Shown: positions 27,205-36,674 of the stretch, one piece after another
Layout of the letters: every line of letters starts with the position of its first letter
Position numbering within the stretch: the first letter of the stretch is position 1
Assembly: GCA_963789445.1 (NCBI GenBank)
Contig: CAWBKS010000001.1
Coordinates: forward strand, 2,042,141 to 2,106,140
Length of the DNA stretch: 64,000 bases
Direction of reading: 5' to 3'
Source of the DNA: an uncultured Actinomycetes bacterium
GTDB taxonomy: Bacteria; Actinomycetota; JAICYB01
Notes under the pieces: model-generated
What the model was told of the DNA's origin: nothing
The model's database searches: none
The model's input: only the letters and a program-made list of their open reading frames with translations
Translations under genes and position numbers: made by a program

Positions 27205-27519
27205 GCCAAGGTCATGGAACAACCCCCCGTCACACCGCTCGTCGTCGGGTATCTGGAGATCGATCCGGGCGCCTATAAGGCGTTGCTTCACGGGCGCTCG
27301 CTGGACCTGACGCCCTCCCAGCTCGAGCTATTGAGCACCCTGGTGGCCAACAGGCATCGAGTAGTCACGCGGGCCGAGCTGGCCGACGCGTCGGGCCTCG
27401 AGCAGGAACGATCGGTCGATGTCGTGTTGACCTCGCTCCGACGGTTGCTACCCGACGGGTTCGTCCGAAACATCCGTAACCGCGGCTGGATCCTCGAGCC
27501 GTCGGTCTTCGAGCGCTAA
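27199..27519 (+). CDS. Stand-alone OmpR/PhoB-type winged-helix DNA-binding protein (no receiver domain)
   Basis: 106 aa. LEIDPGAYKALLHGRSLDLTPSQLELLSTLVANRHRVVTRAEL...RSVDVVLTSLRRLL...IRNRGWIL matches the OmpR C-terminal effector domain pattern. Confidence 0.75.
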   Translation: MMAKVMEQPPVTPLVVGYLEIDPGAYKALLHGRSLDLTPSQLELLSTLVANRHRVVTRAELADASGLEQERSVDVVLTSLRRLLPDGFVRNIRNRGWILEPSVFER

Positions 27520-27523
27520 GCCG

Positions 27524-30250
27524 GTGGAAGCCGCCGGGCTGCTCCTCCGACTTCTTGCCCTTTTGGTTGCCGCACGCTGCGCGGCCGAGCTGGCGGAGCG
27601 GCTTCGGCTGCCCGCCGTCCTCGTCGAGATCTCCGCCGGCGTAGCACTCGGCCCTTCGCTCCTCGGATTCATAGGGCACGACGAGTCACTCAAGTTCCTC
27701 GGCGAGCTCGGCGCGATCTTTCTGCTGCTCGAGGTTGGTTTGCACATGGATCTCGCCGACCTCCGCCGCGTCGGGCGGTCGGCGCTGTCGGTAGCCGTCG
27801 TCGGTGTTGCCGTTCCGATGGTCGGGGGTTTCTTCGCCATGCGCGCGCTGGGCGTAGACGGCCAAGTTGCCCTCTTTCTCGCCGCGGGCATCACCGCCAC
27901 CAGCGTCGGCATCACCGCACGAGTCTTCGCCGACATGCGGTCTCTCGCGAGTTCTGAGGCACAAACTGTCCTCGGAGCGGCCGTGGCCGACGACGTAATC
28001 GGCCTGCTGATACTCACCGTTGTGACGCGTCTGTCCGTCACGGGCAACGTAGAAGTCACCGGTGTCATCCGGGTTGCCGCCATAGGTCTCGGATTCGTCA
28101 TCGTCGCAACCCTGGTTGGTGCATGGCTCGCGCCGCTCATCTTCGACCGGCTCATCGGCAAAGCTCGAACAGAAGGAACGCTGCTCGGTGGCGGCGTCGC
28201 CTTCACCCTCGCCTTCGCCGGTCTGGCCGCTATCTCGGGACTCGCGGCGATCGTCGGTGCCTTCGTCGCCGGCGTATCGCTCGGCCGTATCCAGGACCGC
28301 GACGACCTGAGCCGCCGTCTCGCGCCGGTCAGCCATCTCTTCGTCCCCGTCTTCTTCCTGCTCATCGGCGCTGAGGCACGCGCGAGCGCGCTTGCCGATC
28401 CTCAGGCCTTGCTGATCGTTGGCGTTCTCGGCGTCGTCGCGGTGCTCAGCAAGGTTGTTGCGGGTCTGGCCGTGAAGCGCGGCTCGGCCGACCGGCTCCT
28501 GGTCGGCATCGGCATGATCCCTCGCGGTGAGGTTGGTGTGGTCTTCGCCACACTCGGCTTGGCAAGCGGCGTATTGAACGCGCGGGCGCACGCGTCTCTG
28601 CTGCTCGTCGTGCTGGCGACGACCATGGTCGCGCCGCCGTGGCTGCGACGGCGCATCGAGAAGAGCCGTCGCGTCGCCTTCGAGCGCGCGGTCGAATCGG
28701 CACCGCCCGAAGGGTGGCTCATAGTCGAGGACGACGAGGTCGAGCTCCGGGCGGAACCGCCGGGCGGTCTGGCTGCGTCCATCGGCCTGGACGCAGCCTT
28801 TCTGTGCCGGGAGCGGCGACCCGGCCCCCGCCTCCTCGACTGGCTGACGAGAGCGCCGGCCGAGTCACCGCGATGGGACGACGATCTTCGCCATCGCTTC
28901 CTTACGTTGCTGCGCGGCGGTAATCCGCGATCGTGGCGTCTGCTGGACGTAACCGGCGTGCTGCGCTTGCTCCTTCCCGACATCGATGCCGCGCTGCGAA
29001 AGCGCCAGCAAGATCCGTTCGATCTGGATCCTGCCGGGGCGCTTCGCTGGGACGAGCTCGAGGCCCTTAACGAACTGGTCCACAACACCGGCGATCCCGC
29101 CGCGAGATTGTGGTCGGTTGTCGATCAGGATGTCGTTCTCGTCGCGGCGTTGGCACGAAGTGCGTTCCGAGGACGCGATGCCGCCGCTTCCGCCCGAAAG
29201 CTCGCCGAGACCATCGGTCTCGAGCCGCGCCAAGCAGAAGAGGTGGAGTTCCTCGTGACTGAACGAGCGTTGCTGACGGCAGCGGCAACGCGCATGTCTA
29301 TGGGACGAGAGGAAGCTGTGCTCGAGCTGGCCGCGCATGTCGGCATCAGGCCACGCGCCGACGCGTTGTACTTATTGGCGGCCGCGACGACTACGGACCC
29401 AACGGCGAGAGATGCCCTGGACGAGTTGTACGGCCTGATCACGTCGGCCATTGCGCACCCGGAGCTGACCGGTGCGGCAACGTCGGATCTTGTTGAGGCC
29501 AAGAAGCAAGCAGCCGTCGCGGCGCTCTCACGTATACCCGAGACGGTGGCGCGGCGTCTGCTTGATGACGCGCCGCGCCGCTACCTTCTCGTGCACGACC
29601 CTCAGACGATCGCGCGCCACGCCCGGATGCTGGATCCGCTGCCCGTTCGCGATGAAGTACGGATCCACGCCGACCCCGATCTGGAAAAGGGTGAATGGAC
29701 GGCCCACGTCGTCACGCTCGACAAGCCGGGCGTACTGGCCGCGATCACCCGCGCCTTCTCGACATGCGACATCCCCATCGCCGAAGCGTGGATCTCCACG
29801 TGGGCGAACGGCGCAGTTGTTGATTCCTTCCGCGTAGCAGCTCCACGCGACGTCGATTTCGGCGCGGTGCGTGACACGGTAAAAGGTCTATTGGCCGGCG
29901 GCGAAAGCAACGGCGGTCCGGTTGCCATCGCCGGCGCGCTGGAGATCGACAACATCGCTTCGCCCTGGCACACGATCGTCGAGATACGGGCGAAGGATCG
30001 CAAAGGTCTCCTGCACCGAGTGGCCGAGGCGTTCGCAAGGGCGGGGCTTCAGATCCAACACGCTACGGTCCGCACGGACGGCGATGTCGCCGTCGATACC
30101 TTCTTGGTGACGAACGCGAACGGGCACAAGCTCGGCCCCGACGGAGAGACCGATCTGCAGCTCGCCTTCGAAGGCAAGCCCCTCCGCCGCTGGTCAACGA
30201 AGCGGCTGCGCCGGCGCCTGGCGATCGGACCGAAGGCCGGGCAGGGTTAA
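27524..30250 (+). CDS. Fusion protein: cation/proton antiporter (CPA/Kef-like) membrane domain + GlnD-like degenerate HD region + two ACT domains
   Basis: 908 aa with GTG 4 nt after the wHTH stop. Residues ~1-375 have ~11-12 hydrophobic helices with Na+/H+-exchanger-like patterns (LGELGAIFLLLEVGLHMD, AAVADDVIG, MIPRGEVG). Residues ~455-715 align with the GlnD central/HD region of the glnD in this window but lack the HD residues. Residues ~725-790 and ~815-885 are ACT-like (HVVTLDKPGVLAAITRAF; TIVEIRAKDRKGLLHRVAEAFARAGLQIQHATVRT). Confidence 0.85.
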   Translation: MEAAGLLLRLLALLVAARCAAELAERLRLPAVLVEISAGVALGPSLLGFIGHDESLKFLGELGAIFLLLEVGLHMDLADLRRVGRSALSVAVVGVAVPMVGGFFAMRALGVDGQVALFLAAGITATSVGITARVFADMRSLASSEAQTVLGAAVADDVIGLLILTVVTRLSVTGNVEVTGVIRVAAIGLGFVIVATLVGAWLAPLIFDRLIGKARTEGTLLGGGVAFTLAFAGLAAISGLAAIVGAFVAGVSLGRIQDRDDLSRRLAPVSHLFVPVFFLLIGAEARASALADPQALLIVGVLGVVAVLSKVVAGLAVKRGSADRLLVGIGMIPRGEVGVVFATLGLASGVLNARAHASLLLVVLATTMVAPPWLRRRIEKSRRVAFERAVESAPPEGWLIVEDDEVELRAEPPGGLAASIGLDAAFLCRERRPGPRLLDWLTRAPAESPRWDDDLRHRFLTLLRGGNPRSWRLLDVTGVLRLLLPDIDAALRKRQQDPFDLDPAGALRWDELEALNELVHNTGDPAARLWSVVDQDVVLVAALARSAFRGRDAAASARKLAETIGLEPRQAEEVEFLVTERALLTAAATRMSMGREEAVLELAAHVGIRPRADALYLLAAATTTDPTARDALDELYGLITSAIAHPELTGAATSDLVEAKKQAAVAALSRIPETVARRLLDDAPRRYLLVHDPQTIARHARMLDPLPVRDEVRIHADPDLEKGEWTAHVVTLDKPGVLAAITRAFSTCDIPIAEAWISTWANGAVVDSFRVAAPRDVDFGAVRDTVKGLLAGGESNGGPVAIAGALEIDNIASPWHTIVEIRAKDRKGLLHRVAEAFARAGLQIQHATVRTDGDVAVDTFLVTNANGHKLGPDGETDLQLAFEGKPLRRWSTKRLRRRLAIGPKAGQG

Positions 30251-30274
30251 CGCCGCGCCGCTTAGATTCTCGGC

Positions 30275-31219
30275 GTGATCTCACGCTGGTGGTGGGGGCC
30301 GAAGCACGGCGGCGAGGTGTGGCCGAAGGACCGGTCCGTCCGATCGTTCGACGGAACACTGATCCGCTACACCCTGCTTGGTCGGCAGGACGCTCCCGTG
30401 GTCGCCTTCTGCGCCGGATTCGTCTGTCCGGATATCTATTGGAAGTACATAGTTCCGGAGCTGATCGGCGACTACCGCGTGTTGGTCTGGAACTACAGAG
30501 GCATCGGCGTGTCCGAGCTGCCGCGGCCGCCCGGCTATCACGCGGTCAGGATCGCCGACGGCGAGCTGGGGATCGAGAGCAACGCCCGTGACCTACACGT
30601 CATCTTCGAGGCCGAAGGCATAGAGAACGCCGCGCTGATTGGGCACTCGATGGGCGTACAGGTGGCGCTCGAGGCCTACAAGCAGTTCCCGGAGCACGTG
30701 AGCGCCATCGTCTCCCTGGCCGGCCCGTATCGAACTCCGCTACGAACGTTCTACGGCACCGATCTCGGCTCCCGCCTCATGCCGGTTGCGCTTCCTCTCC
30801 TCCACATCCTGCCTCGCGTGAGCCTCCTGGGCTGGCGCGCATTGGTACACAACCCGCTCTCGTATCACGCCGGGAAGCTCGTCCGGGCTATCGGCGCAAA
30901 GGCCAAAGCCGACGACATGGCCGGTTACTTCGATCACGTGTCTATGGTCGACCCGCTGATCGCCGCAAAGATGGTCCGCGGCATGCATGCGCACTCGGCA
31001 GAGGACATCCTGGAGTCCATCGCGGTGCCCGTCCTGATCGTGCACGGGACATCGGACCCGTTTACTCCGCTGGTCGTCGCCCGGGAGATGGCCGAGCGCA
31101 TCCCGAACGCAAAGCTCGTGGTCATCGAAGATGGCTCGCATACCCTGCCGATCGAGTCACCGGACGAGATCGTCGCCGAGCTTCGTCCCTTCTTGAAGAT
31201 GGCGCTTAACCAGTCTTGA
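30275..31219 (+). CDS. Alpha/beta-fold hydrolase
   Basis: 314 aa with nucleophile elbow GHSMG and C-terminal His pattern (DGSHTLPIESPDE). Confidence 0.85.
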   Translation: MISRWWWGPKHGGEVWPKDRSVRSFDGTLIRYTLLGRQDAPVVAFCAGFVCPDIYWKYIVPELIGDYRVLVWNYRGIGVSELPRPPGYHAVRIADGELGIESNARDLHVIFEAEGIENAALIGHSMGVQVALEAYKQFPEHVSAIVSLAGPYRTPLRTFYGTDLGSRLMPVALPLLHILPRVSLLGWRALVHNPLSYHAGKLVRAIGAKAKADDMAGYFDHVSMVDPLIAAKMVRGMHAHSAEDILESIAVPVLIVHGTSDPFTPLVVAREMAERIPNAKLVVIEDGSHTLPIESPDEIVAELRPFLKMALNQS

Positions 31220-32126
31220 CCTTCGTCCCGGCCGGTATGGGGCCGAGGGGAGCGATTCCTCCTCCGTCCACTTCCAGTTCGCTCTCCTCGGCGGGATCGA
31301 CACTCACCATGCCGAGACCGATCGCTCCGCGCGTCGGCGACAGGACGGCACTGGTTACCTTCCCGACGTCCCGTCCTTCATGCCTCAAAACTTTGCCGAC
31401 AGCGGTTGCAACATCGACTCCTTCGAACGCGAGCGGACGGACGACCTTGTTGATGTGCCCGCGGAAGTGGATCCGGGCGATCGTCTCCTGACCGATGTAG
31501 CAGCCCTTCTCGACGGAGACTGCGCGCGTCAGACCGGCCTCTTGCGGGAGGTTCTCGGTCCCGTAGTCGACGCCGAAAGCCGGCACTGCTGCCTCGATCC
31601 TGAGGATCTCGTACACGAGGGGGTCGGCCGACGGTAGATCGGCCAGTGCCGCAACCGAACCGGGATCCACTTCGTAGACATCGGAGATGGGGACATCACC
31701 TAACGACCCGCCGAAGGTGAGAGAAGCCGGATCCAGCGTCGCCTCACCCGGTTTTGCGAACTCTCGAGCTCCTGGGCCGATCACGGTGGTTCGGCTTCGA
31801 CCGGCGACTTCGATCTCGACTTTGGTCCGGAATCGCATCGACTGGAGACGCTCGGCAAGCTCCTCGGCCGACGAGTCGGTCTCGAGCCACACATCGTCGG
31901 TGAGGATGGCGACGCGGAAGTGCGCGAAGACCTTTCCCTTCGGCTCCAAGAGGAACGACTCCACCCATCGGCCGTCCGCGACGCCATCGACATCGGTCGT
32001 GATCGTGTTCTGGAGGAACCAGATGCGCTGGGGACCGGTGAGCCTTACCAGACGCGGGTTCTGTGGCCAGTCGATACGAACGGCAGACGCGCGCGCTGCG
32101 TCGTAAGACTCGTCAAGAGAGGGCAC
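31206..32126 (-). CDS. ygfZ: Folate-binding YgfZ/GcvT-family protein
   Basis: 306 aa. Aminomethyltransferase-fold pattern with the C-terminal KGCYIGQE motif typical of YgfZ. Confidence 0.8.
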   Translation of the reverse strand: MPSLDESYDAARASAVRIDWPQNPRLVRLTGPQRIWFLQNTITTDVDGVADGRWVESFLLEPKGKVFAHFRVAILTDDVWLETDSSAEELAERLQSMRFRTKVEIEVAGRSRTTVIGPGAREFAKPGEATLDPASLTFGGSLGDVPISDVYEVDPGSVAALADLPSADPLVYEILRIEAAVPAFGVDYGTENLPQEAGLTRAVSVEKGCYIGQETIARIHFRGHINKVVRPLAFEGVDVATAVGKVLRHEGRDVGKVTSAVLSPTRGAIGLGMVSVDPAEESELEVDGGGIAPLGPIPAGTKVKTG

Positions 32127-32155
32127 AACGACTCCAAGCTACCCTTGGCGTGCCC

Positions 32156-33562
32156 ATGCTGCGCCTGCGGAACACCCTCACCAAGCAGATAGAAGAGATC
32201 ACGCCCATTGAACCCGGGCGCATCGGGATGTATTCGTGTGGACCGACCGTCTACCGGCCCGTCACCATCGGAAACCTGCGCTCGTTCCTACTGTCCGATC
32301 TCGTCGAACGCGTCCTCGCCTATCACGGCCTGGCAGTACACAGGATCATGAACATCACCGACGTCGGCCACATGACCGACGAGCTCACCGATGAGGGCCG
32401 GGACAAGATGCTCCTGGCCATGGAGGACGAAAACCTCACCACGGCGGAGATCGCCGAGAAGTACACCGAACGATTCCTGGCCGACACCGACGCCGTGAAC
32501 ATCCGGCGCGCGGCGGAGTACCCCCGCGCCACGGGACACATCCCTCAGATCATCGAGCTGATCGCAAAGCTTATCGAGCGCGGACACGCTTACGAGGTCG
32601 ACGGAACCGTCTACTACGACGTCACAACTTTCGAGGGTTACGGCGCGCTGTCCGGACAGTCCCTCGACGCTATGCGCGCGGGTCATCGCATCGAGAACGT
32701 CGATACGGCCAAACGCCATCACCAGGACTTCACCCTTTGGGTGGCAGCGGGACCACGGCGGGAGCTCGTCTTCGACTCGCCCTGGGGAACCGGCTACCCC
32801 GGGTGGCACATCGAATGCTCGGCCATGTCGCTCCACTACCTGGGCGACCATTTCGACCTTCACACCGGAGGCGTGGACAACCGATTTCCTCACCACGAGG
32901 ACGAGATAGCGCAATCGGAAGGAGCCGTCGGGCACCGCGTCGTCGAGACCTGGGTACACGGCGAGCACTTACTGATGGGGCAGGTGCGCATGGCGAAGTC
33001 TGCGGGCAACGTCGTGACCATCCAGGACATAGCCGCGGCCGGGATCGATCCCTTGGCCTTTCGCTACTTGTGCTTCACAGGACGTTATCGCCGTCAGGTC
33101 CACTTCACGCAGGAAGCGCTCGAGGCTGCTGCTACAGCCCTGCGCCGGTTGCGAGAGCAAGTAGCTCTGCTCGGCGCTTCCGGCGATGCCGCAGTCACCG
33201 ACGGCGAGATGCGAGCCCGTGCGTCTGATAGAGCACTCGAATACCACGAGAGGTGCGTCGCGGCGCTCGACGAGGACCTCGACCTTCCTGCGGCCATCAC
33301 CGTCCTACACGAGACGATCGCCGACGCATCTGTTGCTCCGGCGGACAGGTGGTCGCTCGCAGCTTCCTGGGATCAGGTGCTCGGTCTCGATCTCGTGCGC
33401 GCGGGCGAGCTGGACTCCGAACTCTCCGATCTGATCAAGCAGCGCGAGGACGCGCGCACCCGCGGGGACTTCTCACTGGCCGACGAGATCCGCGACCGGC
33501 TGCGCTCCCAGGGCATCGAGCTGCTCGACTCGAGCGAAGGAACGCGCTGGGTCAGGCGCTAG
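32156..33562 (+). CDS. cysS: Cysteine--tRNA ligase
   Basis: Start at MLRLRNTLT. Contains MYSCGPTVY, PGWHIECSAM, KMAKSAGN (KMSKS) and the C-terminal REDARTRGDFSLADEIRDRL motif. The HIGH region reads TIGN. Confidence 0.88.
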   Translation: MLRLRNTLTKQIEEITPIEPGRIGMYSCGPTVYRPVTIGNLRSFLLSDLVERVLAYHGLAVHRIMNITDVGHMTDELTDEGRDKMLLAMEDENLTTAEIAEKYTERFLADTDAVNIRRAAEYPRATGHIPQIIELIAKLIERGHAYEVDGTVYYDVTTFEGYGALSGQSLDAMRAGHRIENVDTAKRHHQDFTLWVAAGPRRELVFDSPWGTGYPGWHIECSAMSLHYLGDHFDLHTGGVDNRFPHHEDEIAQSEGAVGHRVVETWVHGEHLLMGQVRMAKSAGNVVTIQDIAAAGIDPLAFRYLCFTGRYRRQVHFTQEALEAAATALRRLREQVALLGASGDAAVTDGEMRARASDRALEYHERCVAALDEDLDLPAAITVLHETIADASVAPADRWSLAASWDQVLGLDLVRAGELDSELSDLIKQREDARTRGDFSLADEIRDRLRSQGIELLDSSEGTRWVRR

Positions 33563-36125
33563 AGGTATCCGGCGTGCCCAATGCCGACCGCAGCCCGGTC
33601 TCGATGCGCTTCATATGCTCGGGATCCGTGATCTTGTGGCCCTCGAGATCGCGGACGTAGAACACATCGACCACGTGCGTGCCGTACGTATTGACCCTGG
33701 CAAGCGAAAGATCGCAGCCGGCGTCGGAAAGCGCCTTTGTGATTCTGCGCAGCAGGCCGAGGCTGTCCTCGGAGTGAACCTCGACAACGAGATGGCTCTC
33801 CGATGCGGCGTCGTCCACAACCACCTGCGAGGGAGCGCCGGCTCGCGTTGAGCCCCGGCGGCGTCGTGATTGGGTCGCCTTGCGCACAAGCTCGGCATCG
33901 AGATCGAGACTGCCGTCCAGAGCGAGCGGGATGTCGGCCCGAACACGCGCCCAGCGGTCCTCGGGGATGGCGCCGTGTGAACCGATGACCCGGAAGACCT
34001 CGACCGCCACACCGTCAGAGCGCGTGTAGATCTCTGCGTCGTGAACATCTATTCCTCGCAGAGAGAGGACTCCGGCGATGGCCGAGAACATCCCCGGCCT
34101 GTCTTGGGCCACGACGATGAATTCGTCCGCTTCTTTCGCGCTGTGCAGTGCGGTCCGCACTTCGCCGGGCGCCAGCGGGCTTCTGAGCAGCTCTAGCTGA
34201 CGTTTCGCCGAGTCGGAATCGGACGCACCAAGCCACGACTCGGGCATCGGACCGATCAAAGTGACCGCTTCCTCGCGGGTTATGCCCAGTCCGGCGACCA
34301 GTTCATCGAGGGATTGCGAAGCTTCGGCCGGTCCGGGCTCGATGCCCTGGAACCGTTGCTTGGTCTTGGTGTAGAGCTCGCGAACCAGTGAGGAACGGAA
34401 GGACGACCACGCCTCGGGTCCCGTAGCGAGTGAGTCGGCGCGAGTCAAGAGGAAAAGCATCGCCAAACGCCGCTGATCGAACATCCGAGCGGCAGCATCG
34501 TCGATCGTCGCGGAGTCATTCAGGTCCCGTCTGGTTGCCAGCGTCACCAGGGTGAGGTGTTCACGCACCAGGAACTCGAGATCCTCTCGCTGCCCGGCGT
34601 CGATCCCCATCCGCTTCGCTGCCGCGACGACCAGTTCGGCACCGATCGCGGAATGGTCTCCGCCTCGCCCCTTTCCGACGTCGTGGAAGAGAGTGGCCAG
34701 GAAGAGCACGTCGGGCTCCGGAACAAGCGCCCAAGCGTCGCGGACATCGCCCTCGTCCAGTGAACGGCTTGCAGCGAGTTCTCCGACGGCAGCCAGAAGA
34801 TGGCGATCGACCGTGTACCGGTGATAGATGTCGCGCTGGGGATAGGTACGTATCGGCTCCCACTCGCGAAACAGGGCTCCGAGGAAGCCGGCCAGATCCA
34901 TGGCTTCGAGCGCATCAACGCCCGGTTGCCCGGCCTGGATCAGATCGAGGAACACTTCCCGAGCGTCGGCGGACCATTCGAGCTCCGGCGAAGATGCGAG
35001 CTCCTCGTGCAGCCGGTTGATGGCGGCTCTCCCAACCGGGGCGGAGTGACGAACCGACTGGCGAAATACGCGCAGCCATCCGGCGGGATCGTCGCGAGCC
35101 AGCGTTACTGCAAGCACCTCGACGTGCCCCTCGTGAAGGATGCACCCGTCGCCGATCGACTCGCTGGAGGAAGGGCGGCGGAATCGCTTCCGCCTGGAGT
35201 GCATCGTGCGATCCCAGAAACTGTCGACGATCACTTCGACCTGTCGCGCGTGTCGGTACAGCTGCTGCATCAGCTGGTCGGCTGGGGGCCGGTCATCGGA
35301 GGAGACGTAACCGAGACGGCGGGCAACGTCATCTTGATCGGGCAGGTAGAGCTGATCTTGGTGACGATTGGTCGCGAGGTGCAGCTCGATCCGTACCGCC
35401 AAGATGAAGGAGCGCGCTTCCTCGACGAAACGCGCATCGATCTCGCTAAGGAATCCCGACTCGGTCAGCCCGACCAAATCTTCTCCTCCGGGCAGGAGCT
35501 TCGACGCCCAGGCGAGTGTGTGGATATCTCTGAGGCCTCCGGCCGAGTCCCGGATGTTCGGTTCGAGCAGATGCCCGGCGTGTCCGTAACGCCGATGACG
35601 ATCGACGATCGATTCGACCAGGTCCTTGAAGAAGGAATGCCGGCCCCGGTCCAGCCGCCGCCGGACCTGTGCGTCGAGATCCGTGAAAAGCGAGCGATCG
35701 CCGGTCAGCAATCTCGCATCAAGCAGCGCGCAAACCTCGTCGACGCGGCCGGTCAAGCTCCGGATCACGTCGCGCGGCTCCCGGATGCGATCGCCGAGCT
35801 CACGCCCCGAGTCCCAGAGTGGGTACATCACCTCACGATTGAGGCTGGTTACGTCGCTCGACGGCCAACCGCTGTACAGGATCAGCAGATCGAGATCGGA
35901 GCTCGGCGCAAGCTCACTGCGGCCGTACCCTCCGAGAGCAACGAGGGCTATTCCGGTCGCATCTCGTCCCGAACGAGCCAGCGCGGCTTCGAAAGCTCCG
36001 ATGACGATCACATCCACATCCGCCGTATGCGCCCGAACGACCTCGTCGGCTGTCAGGTCGCCACGCGAAAGCTCTTCGACCCGGGCCCGGGCTCGCGCGA
36101 AAGCTTCACGGATCTCTTCTGACAT
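33552..36125 (-). CDS. glnD: [Protein-PII] uridylyl/adenylyl-transferase GlnD
   Basis: 857 aa. Nucleotidyltransferase motif GGYGRSELAPSSDLDLLIL, intact HD domain (YHRYTVDRH, LFHDVGKG), and two C-terminal ACT domains. Confidence 0.93.
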   Translation of the reverse strand: MSEEIREAFARARARVEELSRGDLTADEVVRAHTADVDVIVIGAFEAALARSGRDATGIALVALGGYGRSELAPSSDLDLLILYSGWPSSDVTSLNREVMYPLWDSGRELGDRIREPRDVIRSLTGRVDEVCALLDARLLTGDRSLFTDLDAQVRRRLDRGRHSFFKDLVESIVDRHRRYGHAGHLLEPNIRDSAGGLRDIHTLAWASKLLPGGEDLVGLTESGFLSEIDARFVEEARSFILAVRIELHLATNRHQDQLYLPDQDDVARRLGYVSSDDRPPADQLMQQLYRHARQVEVIVDSFWDRTMHSRRKRFRRPSSSESIGDGCILHEGHVEVLAVTLARDDPAGWLRVFRQSVRHSAPVGRAAINRLHEELASSPELEWSADAREVFLDLIQAGQPGVDALEAMDLAGFLGALFREWEPIRTYPQRDIYHRYTVDRHLLAAVGELAASRSLDEGDVRDAWALVPEPDVLFLATLFHDVGKGRGGDHSAIGAELVVAAAKRMGIDAGQREDLEFLVREHLTLVTLATRRDLNDSATIDDAAARMFDQRRLAMLFLLTRADSLATGPEAWSSFRSSLVRELYTKTKQRFQGIEPGPAEASQSLDELVAGLGITREEAVTLIGPMPESWLGASDSDSAKRQLELLRSPLAPGEVRTALHSAKEADEFIVVAQDRPGMFSAIAGVLSLRGIDVHDAEIYTRSDGVAVEVFRVIGSHGAIPEDRWARVRADIPLALDGSLDLDAELVRKATQSRRRRGSTRAGAPSQVVVDDAASESHLVVEVHSEDSLGLLRRITKALSDAGCDLSLARVNTYGTHVVDVFYVRDLEGHKITDPEHMKRIETGLRSALGTPDTSSA

Positions 36126-36190
36126 TCCGACCAGTTTCCTTTACGCAACGCGGAGCGCGCATCACGGCCGGTAAACATCAGCGAAAAAGG

Positions 36191-36220
36191 GACTCCCCCG
36201 CGGAAATCCGCGGGGGAGTC
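36191..36220 (-). terminator. Rho-independent terminator downstream of the histone-like gene
   Basis: 13-bp stem gactcccccgcgg-aaat-ccgcgggggagtc. On the minus strand it is followed by CCCTTTTTCGC. Confidence 0.75.
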
Positions 36221-36245
36221 TCAGTACCGCACTCGCACGGTGGCT

Positions 36246-36674
36246 CTACCTCTTCTTTCTCCGCGCGGGTCGCTTCATCGCGATTTCCGGAGCGGAGGCA
36301 GCCTTCCGGCGACGCCTGCGCGCGGGCTTCTTGCGCGCGGCGGCTTTCTTCTTCCGGGCTGGCTTGCGCTTCGCAGCCTTCTTGCGGCGTGCAGGCTTGC
36401 GCTTGGCGGCCTTCTTACGGGCCGGCTTGCGCTTCGCAGCCTTCTTCCTGCGCGCGGGCTTACGCTTCGCAGCCTTCTTGCGGCGTGCAGGCTTGCGCTT
36501 GGCGGCCTTCTTACGGGCCGGCTTGCGCTTCGCAGCCTTCTTCCGCGCGGGCTTGCGCTTCGCAGCCTTCCTCCGTGCCGGCTTGCGCTTCGCAGTCGTC
36601 CGCTTGGCGGCCTTGCGACGCGCAGGCTTACGACGCGTTGAACGCTTTGCTGCCTTGCGTGGCATAGGGTTCAC
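36246..36674 (-). CDS. Highly basic Lys/Ala/Arg/Pro-repeat protein (histone H1/Hc-like, HupB-tail-like nucleoid protein)
   Basis: 142 aa made of ~12 copies of AAKRKPARKK-type units. SD ggagggaggtg precedes the start and a terminator follows the stop. Confidence 0.75.
   Translation of the reverse strand: MNPMPRKAAKRSTRRKPARRKAAKRTTAKRKPARRKAAKRKPARKKAAKRKPARKKAAKRKPARRKKAAKRKPARRKKAAKRKPARKKAAKRKPARRKKAAKRKPARKKKAAARKKPARRRRRKAASAPEIAMKRPARRKKR
36367..36544. repeat. Tandem DNA repeat (96-nt period built of 30-33-nt subunits) inside the histone-like gene
   Basis: 36367-36448 is identical to 36463-36544 (82 nt), and shorter gcttgcgcttcgcagccttctt units recur across 36330-36640. Confidence 0.85.

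Noticed and set aside
36126-36190. GlnR-type box upstream of glnD (gtaaac-atcagc-gaaaa)
   Set aside because: The half sites deviate from gTnAc/GaAAc, the element abuts the terminator of the neighbouring gene, and the 12-mer shared by the amt sites is absent.
36330-36640. Possible CRISPR array suggested by regularly spaced ~30-nt repeats
   Set aside because: The units are contiguous with no unique spacers, they are in frame within a coding sequence, and there are no cas genes. This is a protein-coding tandem repeat.
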